A stretch of 64,000 nt of DNA from the human T2T-CHM13v2.0 reference genome, Homo sapiens. The position numbers and the translations under genes were made by a program. Location of the stretch: the NCBI RefSeq assembly GCF_009914755.1, contig NC_060928.1; one strand, 5' to 3'. Of the stretch, positions 51,431 through 64,000 are shown in pieces; positions within the stretch are counted from its first letter, which is position 1, and every line of letters begins with the position of its first letter. The notes beneath the pieces were generated by a model that was given only the letters and a program-made list of their open reading frames with translations, was not told the DNA's origin and ran no database searches.

Positions 51431-52989
51431 TGACCAGTGATGATGACAACGAAGAATGATGATATTTATCAATAACAATCACTTTCAAGGAAAATATTTT
51501 CATTGTGTTTTGAATTATTTAGACTCTCCATACCAAAAAAGGCCACAAGAAATTGCTTATCTTTTATCTAAGTTTTTCTAAGCCACCAGAGCCTAAAATC
51601 AAAATGATTTATAGATTAATTTCAGGAAGAGAAAAAGAGAAATGTGGTTGGGGAGAGGGAGAAAGAGGGAGGGAGGATCTTTTCTTCCTTTCTCCTGAGC
51701 TTCCATCTTGTCCCACAGAGGTGGGTACCTCAGGCCTTTCTCCCATGCAATGCTGGGAAGGGAGGAACCCTCTACACCTCCCATTATTTTCAGGAGGACA
51801 GCGGCTGCTGTGACTGATCTCACCTTCACATTCATTGGTGACCACTAGAGGTGGGAGTCACTGGGATATTTTTAGCATAGGCTGGATGACACCTCCATGG
51901 CAGGTACGTCAGCCACCTCTGCTTTAGTCACCAGCATAGGGCTGTGCTTAGCAGAGAGCCTGGCATAGAGAGGATGCTTATTAAATATTGGGTAAAAGAA
52001 TAAAATGATAAATAAGGGCCACTATAAAATGAATGTTACACAAAAACGTGTTTTCCCCAACAACTCACCCAGACGAAGACTTACAGAGCAGCCCAGCTAC
52101 TCCTCCCCATATAGAATTCCTCATCTGGTATGTTGCAATGACTTTTATTTTTAAACTGTTCTTGAATCTTTTCTGACACACCGTTTGCATCTCAGAAGTG
52201 TATATAGGTCTTTTACCTTATGTGGACTTACGGAGATGGAGCAAGAGAAACCTGTTCTTAATGATGCCCGCTTCTATTTTTCCTTCCCCTGAGTGCTAGC
52301 TGCCAATAGATCCTGCCTTACTACTTGAATTCCCACTGATTCCAATACAAATCCAGCAGGATAAGAAATGTCTTAATATTATAGCACAAGCTACCTATAT
52401 TTTTGACAGCTTTAGTTGTGTTTCCAACTTTGAAAATTGATAAGCATGAACCAGGAAAGACAGTTTGAAATTCTAATTCAAAATCTAGGGAAATGCATAT
52501 CTATTTTTCTTTGCTGCTAAGAGCTGATCAAAAGGGTAGATCAATCATGTAACAGCGATTACAATCTCTGCTTCTACATAAAAAATGAATACTTTAGAGA
52601 AAGACTGGGGTTTGATGCAACTCTACGCTCATAATTTACCCTGCATACTGTCCAAAACTATAATTTTTAAATTATATATTTCCTAGAATAATGTGTAAGA
52701 AATGGCTTTTTAAGCCAAAATATGTTAACTATTCTATTAAAGAGGACTATTGTATGCAGACATAAAAATATAACATGAACATTTATATTATTGTAAATAA
52801 TTATGCCAATATAAACTAAATAATGTGATTTCCCCCTTATTTTAATTAAATAAAATATAAACGTCTAACTTTTTGCTTTGCTAGCTTATATCAAACATTA
52901 ATTTTAATATTAAAATAGTATGTTAACTTTCATCAGTAACTGAAGAGCATCCTGTAACCCTTTTATCCTGCAATTTCACTTACTCTTTA

Positions 52990-53480
52990 TTCTGAAGTAG
53001 TCTTAGACATGTGCACAAATTTATCTACAAGGATGTCCATCATATTGTTGTTAATAATAATGAAAAAATAAAATTATTTGAACAAATAAGAGATTGAACT
53101 ACGGTTTGCTGAGGCGCTGGAACATAGTGTTGTGCCAAAAATAATGCTGTTGAAAAATATTTATTAATATGGAAAATGTGGCTACCTTATTTCAAGTATA
53201 AAATACTCGCTGTGATCCCAATATTTCTGTGAAAAACAGGCATGCATAACTCGAGGAGAAAAGATCAAAAAAGATATAACCCAATGGTTTTATGAAGGTG
53301 GTGAAATTACAGAGAATCTGTTCATTGGAATGCAAGCTTTCTGAGGGTAAGAGTTCGGGTCAGTCTTGTTCAGCACCTGGAACAGGCCTGGTTCAAAAAT
53401 AAGGGCCCCAAAGATGCATGCTGAATGACTTAATTTTCTTATTTTTCATACTTATGATTTCCAAATTTCTGTTGTAATTG
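52990..53480 (+). mobile_element. L1ME-type 3' end with an internal L2 tail (~53325-53430)
   Basis: tacaaggatgtccatcatattgttg...aaaaatatttattaatatggaaaatg; aatgcaagctttctgagggtaagag. Confidence 0.45.
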
Positions 53481-53944
53481 ACAAAATGCATTTTTAAGGT
53501 CCTAATCAAGCTAAGAAGCAGCTTTAGGGCCAAGGCGTTTTCTAATGCCATTTCCCACACACATTCCATTCTCTACTGATACTTTTAGATAGTTTCATAA
53601 GGAAGCTAACTGTAAATAAACTCTGCTGTATCTTTATGTATTTCATCATTGTGTTCAGTTACTTGCTGACACTAACCTTCCATTAGTTGTCCTTGGCTGG
53701 AATTGTGTGAGTGACCTTGCTCCTAACATAGGAACGAGGCCATTTATTTTATCCCAAAGTTAAAGCACTATTATTGGTTTTACCTTACCCTGATTTTTTT
53801 TTTTTTTGCATGCTACAGTATATTGTGTTTGGCACAATGCTTCACATATGTGAATATTTATATTTTAAAAATCCGGACTCTTTTTATTTTTATTATGGAA
53901 TATCTGGCTGAATGGGATCAGATTTCCTCATGAAAGTATAGGGG

Positions 53945-54007
53945 TGACTCAGAGAAACTGTGAGGCAGTCATTTGGAAATTCCCTGGAAGTTCTAATACC
54001 AGGAAGT
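53945..54007. promoter_or_regulatory. Compact AP-1 + NF-kB + STAT6-type GAS + ETS motif cluster
   Basis: TGACTCA 53945-51; GGAAATTCCC 53975-84; TTCCCTGGAA 53980-89; CAGGAAGT 54000-07. Confidence 0.4.
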
Positions 54008-54112
54008 ATGTCCTCAACTACTTGTTTTATAGAACATCCAAATCTGAGGGTAAAACTTTCCTGGTTAAAAATAAGGCAAGAACAAATAAATAAAATAGTA
54101 AGGAATAAATGC

Positions 54113-54360
54113 AAGATATCTATTGGATGACATAGTAAATATAGTTAATAACAATTTGCAAATTGCAAACAGAGTACATTTTAAGTGTTCTCACCACAAA
54201 AAAATAAGCACATGAGGTGATACATATGTTCATTAGCTTGAGGTGGCCATCCCACAATGTTTATATATTTCAAAACATCATGTTAGTATACCATAAATAT
54301 ATTTGGTTTTCATTTATCAACTAAAAAAATTAATTAAAAACAACAAAAAATAAAACCAAA
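54113..54360 (+). mobile_element. L1MA7/8-like 3' end
   Basis: ttttaagtgttctcaccacaaaaaaataag..tgaggtgatacatatgttcattagcttga...caaaacatcatgtt..taccataaatata. Confidence 0.8.
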
Positions 54361-54479
54361 AACGTCTCCCGGAGGCAGGGATTTAGTCCCTGTGGCCAAT
54401 TCCCATCGCTCTGTAACTGAGTGAGTCTGCATAGGAAGTATGTTTGTTGAAGCATATAGTTGTAGAGAGTGACTTTTCA

Positions 54480-55450
<971 letters not shown>

Positions 55451-56299
55451 TAGCTGAATAAGTCCCTGGTGCACTTTGTTTTATCACTAAGCACTTTTAA
55501 TCCTATGCTTGAAAGAAAAGCATTGGTTTAAGATGCCCGCCAAGTGTCTTTAAGAGAAAAGTTACCACTGGTGAGCTTTTGGATTTACCTCCATGTCTGA
55601 ATGAGCCCTCTTTTTCTGCCCATGTGTCTTATGTACCATAATTCAAATTATGGCAGAACTTGGAAGTAGAAAGTAGAGGTCTATCTAACTACTATTGGCT
55701 TATTTAAATGCACATAATAATTCAGTTAAAATAAAAATCCCAGGTTAAGTGCTAAGCCACGTAGGATGCTGGAATGAGAGGTATACATTAGCATGATTGT
55801 GAAGTATATGATAAAACTATTCATGGCCCCACAAACCAAACTTTAAGAATCAGAAAATGTGTTGATAAGGTTAAAATAACAAGATATTCTCTTAGTTAAT
55901 TGCTTTTAGTCATGGTTGTAGCTTAAGCCTTTTTCTGATTTTGAAATGCAGTTTCTCTTGGATGATGAGGCCATAAGTCAGAGATCTGCTTCAATAAAAG
56001 AATAAAATTATCCATAATAACCTCTGGATCATGAAGGATAGAAACATAATTACATTTCCTTTAAAAATAGCTTGCTGGAGGCACAAATAAACAGCAGCCA
56101 TAATAATGTCGTATATTAATATAACCATCCAGAAAAGAACCAGAAAGACAAAACCTATTATTATAATTTACCATCTATTAAACATATTAGCTATAAAATT
56201 AAAGGCTGATCTTAAAAAACATTAAAGGTTGTATTTTTTAAAAGAGCCAAAGTAAGCAAAAAAAAGAGATTTGTTTAATAAGGTTGCTTTTCTCAAGAA

Positions 56300-57310
<1,011 letters not shown>

Positions 57311-57942
57311 GTGTGTGATTCAAGCCCACCTCTCCGCACTTCACCTCGTCCCTCCGCCTTATTTCCCCATCTTGGTAAATGACACCTCCATCTACCAATT
57401 TATTGAGTCAGAAGCCCAGGAGCCGTACCTGGCGCCTCGCTTTCCCCATCCCCATATCCAAGCCCTCAGCATGTCCTGTGGACTTTGCCGCTAAGGACCT
57501 GCTGAATAGAACGATCGCCCATCACCTCCAATGCCAAGCCTCCACTCAAGCGGATCTGGTCTCTGTCCTGGACCCCGGGATTCCTTCCTGACTGGGACCC
57601 GCTGACACTCTTGCTCTTCTGCATTGCGCTTTCCACCCAGCACCCAGGGAACTCCACACCTCACATCTGATTCTATCACTCCCCAGTAGAGAGCCCGATT
57701 GCTGCTGCCTGCAGTTACAGCACAATTCCAGTGCCTCGCCTCAGCCTACACGACCTGGGCTCTGCTCCCTCCCAGCAGCGTCCCCGTCCACCCTCCCCAC
57801 TTTCCGTGTGTGGCAGCAGGCCCATCTTCCTGTCCCTTGGTTAGACCAAGCTCACGTGGCTGCCAGAGCTTCCCATCAACGCAGCAGCTAGTTCAGCACC
57901 AACTCTCCAGTCGCTTTCTATCCGTTACTCGGCTTTGTTTTT

Positions 57943-58704
57943 GTTTGTTTGTTTGTTTGTTTTTAATTATTATACTTTAAGTTCTAGGGTACATGTGCAC
58001 AACGTGCAGGTTTGTTACATATGTATACATGTGCCATGTTGGTGTGCTGCACCCATTAACTCGCCATTTACATTAGGTATATCTCCTAATGCTATCCCTC
58101 CCCCCCCCCCCCCCCAACCCCACGACAGGCCCCGGTGTGTGATGTTCCCCTTCCTGTGTCCATGTGTTCTCATTGTTCAATTCCCACCTATGAGTGAGAA
58201 CATGCGGTGTTTGGTTTTCTGTCCTTGCAATAGTTTGCTGAGAATGATGGTTTCCAGCTTCATCCATGTCCCTACAAAGGACATGAACTCATCATTTTTT
58301 ATGGCTGCATAGTATTCCATGGTGTATATGTGCCACATTTTCTTAATCCAGTCTATCATTGATGGACATTCGGGTTGGTTCCAAGTCTTTGCTATTGTGA
58401 ATAGTGCTGCAATAAACATACGTGTGCATGTGTCTTTATAGCAGCATGATTTATAGTCCTTTGAGTATATACCCAGTAATGGGATAGCTGGGTCAAATGG
58501 TATTTCTAGTTCTAGATCCCTGAGGAATCGCCACAATGACTTCCACAATGGTTGAACCAGTTTACAGTCCCACCAACAGTGTAAAAGTGTTCCTATTTCT
58601 CCACATCCTCTCCAGCACCTGTTGTTTCCTGACTTTTTAATGATCGCCATTCTAACAGGTGTGAGATGGTATCTCATTGCGGTTTTGATTTGCATTTCTC
58701 TGAT
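57943..58704 (-). mobile_element. 5'-truncated L1PA4-like element
   Basis: ttatactttaagttctagggtacatgtgcacaacgtgcagg 3'UTR; (TTTG)n tail; 12-bp TSD ggctttgttttt (57931-42, 58705-16). Confidence 0.95.
58177..58704 (-). pseudogene. L1 ORF2p C-terminal (Cys-rich CCHC) fragment, in frame to the native stop
   Basis: [47 protein letters not shown]...[11 protein letters not shown]. Confidence 0.9.
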
Positions 58705-58944
58705 GGCTTTGTTTTTCTCATGAGGATGCACAACTCTCTGAGCTTCTATCTGTTCACAGGTGAAACACCCTCATGCACACTGGAGCATCAGCACGGTGAG
58801 GGCAGGGCGTCCAGGTGTCTTTGTGCCCTGCTTGACCCCGTGCTGGGACCTTCTACGAGAGCCACGGTGACACGTACAGCAGATTTCCGGGACACGGCAG
58901 TTGTGAAAATAAAAGAACGAAAGAATGAACAAAAGGAAAGTGAA

Positions 58945-59070
58945 CACTTCCCCATTTTATAGATTGGAGAGTTGAGGTTTGGCGAGTGATGTGAATTATC
59001 CATGATTACGTAGCTGAGGTTTGGCCAAGTGCAGACTCCAGATGGTTCTGTCTAGTTCTGCCTCCCAGGG
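58945..59070 (-). mobile_element. MIR fragment
   Basis: ccccattttatagattggagagttgaggttt...gatgtgaattatccatgattacgtagct. Confidence 0.6.
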
Positions 59071-60059
59071 CTTTCCCCTGTGCAGGCTGCCTCGACCCTG
59101 CCTGACTGCCGCCTGTGTCTGAATCTCTCAGAGCCGTCTGTCTTAAACAGGAAGAGACGGCCTTTATATACTGTTTTCAAGGCAACCCACTCCCATTTAA
59201 TGTTAGTCTAGATGGTTGCAGGTGTATTTTGTTATGCTGGCTTCTGGTTTACTCTGCATAGTCGGGGAGCATGAGAGGGGTGATATGGTTAGCAAATGCC
59301 TTTGAATTGTTACATAACTACATTGATTCCTTGAAAAAAGCCATCTTATTAAAACAAAACAAGGAATATTATGCCCTGTTGAAGCTGACCTATCAAAATG
59401 TAAAAGAAATAAAGTAATGAATGGTGTCTTGGAAAAAACAGTGTTTTGTTATTGTGTCTGTTATACCTAAAGACAAAGAATGTCTTGAAAGCATATTTTT
59501 AAATCAAGAAATGTTAAACACTGAAAACTATTACAAAATCTTCTACAAAAGTAGCAATATAGTATTCATCAAAAACTAGGATACTTTTAAGTTTCTCCTT
59601 GATATTTTCTCACCCCTTTCCATCAACAAACATTGTGCTTAGGACCAGTGGCCTTTCCTCTCCTGCCAGGCTTTCAAAGTACGGAAAAGCAAACAGAACA
59701 GAACACTCGAATTTCAGCTCATAGGCTGGAAGCAAATAGACTGTGGTCAGACAAGGGCTGACAGGTTCGGAGTGATTTTCCTCATTTGTGATAGCAACTA
59801 AGAGATCTGGGAAGTATTGTCTGTGGTAGGCATAAGCAGGATGAAAATGGCATGGTAGCTATGTAGACACAGCACTGAGGTGGAGGAGAAGGATGAAGAA
59901 CAGAAGAGGGGATGGGGAGAAAAAAGTGAAGAAAAAGAGAAAGGAAGGAAGGATGATACAGGAAGGGAAAGGAAGAAAAGAGGAAGGAAGTTGCTGAGCA
60001 AAAGCTTGGATTTAAAAACTAGTAAAATTTTATTAGCATCATGCAAGGACTTAGTAATG

Positions 60060-61030
60060 TAATATCATTGAAACAAGGTCAAACATGGTTAAATAATAAA
60101 ACTAGGGGAGATTGTAGAGTTAAGGAAATTGAGAAATTAAATAATAGCCCTTTACAGAACAATACATTAGAGACAGCAATCAACATATGAGAGTGAAAGC
60201 ATGGGAAAGGAGATTAAAGAAATGGAAGCTAGACAACAATGATCCAAATAAATAATATTTCTCAAAGAAGAAACTATCATAGCACCAAACCTTCTTTTTA
60301 TAAGAATTTTGTACCAAGGATAATTCTCTGAAATAACAGAAAGTGCTCCAGGAAAAGTGGGTACAGAATAATTGACACCAAAATACTTTCTTTCAAAATT
60401 ACTTGACATCAAGCATGAAGAAAGAATTTTCAGACATTCAGACAAGAAAAAAGAAAGGCATCTACAAGTGGTGAAAAATTTAGGCTAACCATAAATCTCT
60501 AGAGAATTCAGGGACTATAGCACGAATTATTTTTGAGAAAAAATGCCAACAACTTCTGACGATGAAATCCGGTGAAATATGTTATTCATCCAAGCAAAAA
60601 TGCCAGGAATGGAGAAGCAGTGGTGAGAGAATGGGTGTGAGGATTGATTCTTTCTTTAATTTGAAACTAAAACTAAATTATTGTGGGAATTTCTGTTACA
60701 GAATTTAAGGTGTTATAATCCTGGCAAAATAAACATAACAATGTAACCAAAGCATTAGGAGGTAGGGGAAGAAAAAAGAAGAAGTATAAAATTGTTAATG
60801 TTGTTTATCTTTCATATGATTGAGTTTATCAATAATATCTAAATTTGAAACAGAGGTACAAAAACTTAATGAGTATAATTCCTTAATTATTTTCAAAATC
60901 TTTGTTTCATTATTTTAATATGATCTCTTAGACACTAATATTTCATTTGATAAAGTAACATTTATCTGTTTTTCTTTATTTGGTTTCTTTAATAGCACTT
61001 TTCCCTTGCATTAATGCAAAATTATATTTG
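60060..61030 (+). mobile_element. HAL1 (half-L1, ORF1-like) remnant
   Basis: aaagaaatggaagctagacaacaatgatccaa; gacaccaaaatac..caaaattacttgac; gaaactaaaactaaatta..gtgggaatttctgttacagaa. Confidence 0.5.
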
Positions 61031-61039
61031 GTATCTTTT

Positions 61040-63156
61040 GAAAATTAAACTGATGAAAAAGAAACAACAGTCATATTGATTGGGAAAGAAGGAAAAGGTG
61101 TTCTATTCAAAGATAATATGATTGTCTGCATAGAAAATCTCAAAGAATCTACCAAAAACTACTGGAACTAATGAGTGGGTCTAGAAGGTTGCAATATACA
61201 AGGTCAATATACAAAAGTCCATTGTATTTCTATACACCAGCAATGAATAATAGGAACTTTATTTGAAAAAGTATTATGTAAAACAACATTGAAAACAAAA
61301 TTCTTAGTAAAATCTAACAAAATATGTAAAGATTTTTATGCAGAATACTATAAAACACTGATAAAAGAAATTAAATAAGATCTGTATGAGTAGAAAGATG
61401 TACTATGTTCATGGATCAGAAGACTCAATATTGTTAAGATGCCAATTCTTCCTAAACTGACCTGTAGACTCAATGTAATTCCAGTGAAAATTCCAGCAGC
61501 ATTCTTTTTGTAAATATCGGCAAGTTGATTCTAAAATTTATATGAAAAAGTAGAAGACTAGAATTGTCCAAACAAATTCTTAAAAGACTAACAACATGGA
61601 GAACCCACACTACATAATTTTGAGACTTACCATAGGACTGTGATAATAAAATACTGTGGTATAGCTGAAAGGATATGAACACAGGCCAAAAGAACAGGAT
61701 AGAGAGTCCAAAAAAGGCCCACACATCTATGCCAATTGATTATTGACAAAGACAAGAAAGGATAGTTTTTTCAACACATAATTCTGGAGCTTGTGGTTAT
61801 CTATAAATCAAAACACAAACATCTCAGCTTATACACAAATGAACTCAAGTGGATCATAGAAATACATGTACATCTTAAAAATATAAAACTTAAAGAAGAA
61901 AATACAGAAAAAAATTTCACGACCTTAGATTAGAAAAATATTTATTAGAAGCAGTATCTAAAGCACAATCCATAAAAGAAAAAAATTGATAAACTGAACT
62001 TTTCCAAAATTAAAAACTTCTCTACTGTGGAAGATACTGCTAAGAGAATAGAAAGGCAAGCCACAGACAGGGAAAAATTTTTGCAAAATACTTATCAGGA
62101 GAAGAACTTATATTTAAACCATAAAAAGAACTTTTAAATGCATTAATAAAAACTCAATTCAATTTTTAAAATGGTATAGAGATTTGAATAGATTTTTTCA
62201 CAAAAGAATATATATTATTGACAAACAAAGCACAGAAAAAAGATGCTTAAGTCATTAGGAAAATATGAATTAAAACCACAATGAGGTACCACTACATTAT
62301 TTTAAAACCTGACAGTATCAATGCCGGTGGGGATGAGGTGAAACTAGAATTCTCATAACACTGCTTGTGGGAATGCAAAATGGTGCAGCCACTTTGGGAA
62401 ACAATTTGCCAGTTCCTTATGGTGTTAAACACAATCCCACTGCTCGATTTTTATCCAAGAGAAATGAAAACCTACATCCACACAAAGTCCTGTGTACAAA
62501 TGTTCAAAGCAGCTTTATTTATAATAGCTGAAACTAGAAACAACTCAAATGTCCTTTGACTGGTGAATACACAAACAAAATGTGGTACATTTGTATAATG
62601 AAATAGTATTCATCAACAACAACAAAAAATTAACAAATTAAATTATCCGGGTGTGGTGGCATGTGCCTGTAGTCCCAGCTACTCAGGCTGAAGTGGGAGG
62701 TCACTTGAGCCCAGAAGTTCAAGGCTGCAGTGAGCTATGATCATGCCACTGTATGCCAGCCTGGATGACAGAGCAAGACCGTATATCTAAAAATAATTTT
62801 TTTAACTAACAAATGATCATTACACACAATATCGTGGAGGACTCTCAAAAGCATTTTGCTAAGCGAAAGATATCAGTCACGTAAGTCCACATACTGTATG
62901 ATGTTATCCATAAGACTTTCTGGAAAAAGCAAAACCCCAGAGACAGAAGTCCGATCAGTTTTCATCAGGAGGTGGGGGAGGAAGAAGGTTCAAGGTACCT
63001 TCCAAAGGGAACTTCACGGGGTGGAGGTAATATTCTGTATCTGGATTGTGGTGAAGTTTACATGACTGTATTTGTCAAAACTCATAGAGCTATATATCTA
63101 AAATGGTTGAATTTTATTGTACATAAATTATACCTCAATAAACCTGACTATAAAAT
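61040..63156 (+). mobile_element. 5'-truncated L1MD/L1MC-like element
   Basis: gataatatgattgtctgcatagaaaatc; gaagactcaatattgttaagatg; ends aaattatacctcaataaacctgact. Confidence 0.85.
62641..62803 (+). mobile_element. FRAM or 5'-truncated AluJ right arm
   Basis: cttgagcccagaagttcaaggctgcagtgagctatgatc; TSD aattaacaaatta/aactaacaaatga. Confidence 0.85.
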
Positions 63157-63554
63157 TAAATTGGCATGTTTATAGATCCTATATATGGGAATTGTTCCCA
63201 TTTATCATTTCTATCTGGATATTCTTATAGACATAAATATTAATCTTTAAATCTTTGTTAATACAAATGTTAACATGTATCAGTTAACATTCCTGATGTT
63301 TATAGTAGGGTGATTGGGACTTTGAGTGACATTTTGAATTCTTCTTCATGCATTTCTGTATTTCTTGATTTTTAAAATAAGCATGTGCTGTTTTTTAAAA
63401 TAAAAAAGTTTTATTTTTGCTAAGGGCTCAAAATAAAGGCTCCAAAAAATAAAGGATTAGTAAGATCTGAACAAAAGAAATCCGGAATGGCAATGAGGGC
63501 CCAGCAGAGCTGAGTAGAGGTGAGAATATGATTTCCATCAACTTGGCCTTTCTG

Positions 63555-63680
63555 GGTTTCAGGACTGGATCTGAGCAGGCAGTTGACCACTGACCTATCA
63601 TCTAGACTATGGTTTCCTCAGTAAAGGACCACTTTCCTACAATGATCTCTCAACTGCCTTTAGTTCTTGACTCCTAAGAG
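63555..63680 (+). mobile_element. MIR3-like fragment
   Basis: ggtttcctcagtaaagg...aatgatctctcaactgcctttagttcttgactc. Confidence 0.4.
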
Positions 63681-64000
63681 GTTTCCAACACACAGACTTA
63701 TATGGAGTCGGTGTATTCCCGGAATGCTCAGACAGTAGGGAGTTTCTTTAGATAGTTCTCGTATTGTATTGGCATACTCCTCTTTCAGTTCTTGGGAGAA
63801 TTTACTACATACTTTATGCAATGATTTTAGTAATCAAGTTACAGTCATACTGCTGATTTCCCTACAGAAAGTCAGGCAGCCGAAGTGGTGGCACGGCATA
63901 AATTGATACATGAAATCCACCATCTGTTCTCAATGTACGCAGCGGCTCCTCCACACCTGCCTGGACTTATCTTGAGAAGGAGAGCAACAAGAAGAAAAAA

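Larger units (their letters stand above)
57320..58930 (+). mobile_element. L2 LINE 3' part, interrupted by L1PA
   Basis: ttccccatcttggtaaatgacacctccatc; cccatatccaa; tgagggcagggcgtcc...; tail gaaagaatgaac. Confidence 0.75.

Noticed and set aside
58705-58731. Apparent new N-terminus (MHPHEKNKA) fused to the L1 ORF2 tail
   Set aside because: The start codon is GTG in flanking L2 sequence, so there is no evidence of a real chimeric gene.
59880-59990. Purine-rich tract as an H-DNA element or a Glu/Lys-rich ORF
   Set aside because: Low-complexity sequence with pyrimidine interruptions and no clear mirror symmetry.

Overview
Primate (human-like) repeat-rich intergenic or intronic DNA. I can support no protein-coding exon, RNA gene or CRISPR array, and I see no evidence of a new multi-gene system. 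The window is largely a mosaic of Alu, MIR, L1, L2, L3/CR1, HAL1 and solo LTRs (MER4, MER11, MLT1, MLT2, MST, THE1, LTR16-class), many nested with readable target-site duplications (TSDs). Subfamily names come from remembered consensus similarity, not a computed search. The long ORFs in the track are repeat artefacts, apart from a real but truncated L1 ORF2 C-terminus. The most notable items: (1) a ~1.28 kb phase-locked (CAT/CAC)n array with higher-order structure, apparently split from a short sister array by an LTR16 insertion; (2) three short direct duplications of 38, 63 and ~160 bp, each copied 1.3-1.5 kb away, one being local L1 sequence pasted into an L2; (3) template-switch-like palindromic scars and a perfect 45-bp tandem duplication; (4) candidate regulatory modules, including a double p53 half-site in a MER4 LTR, an AP-1/NF-kB/STAT6/ETS cluster, a GC-box/CpG patch and a CTCF-like site; (5) a CpG-rich ancient L2.
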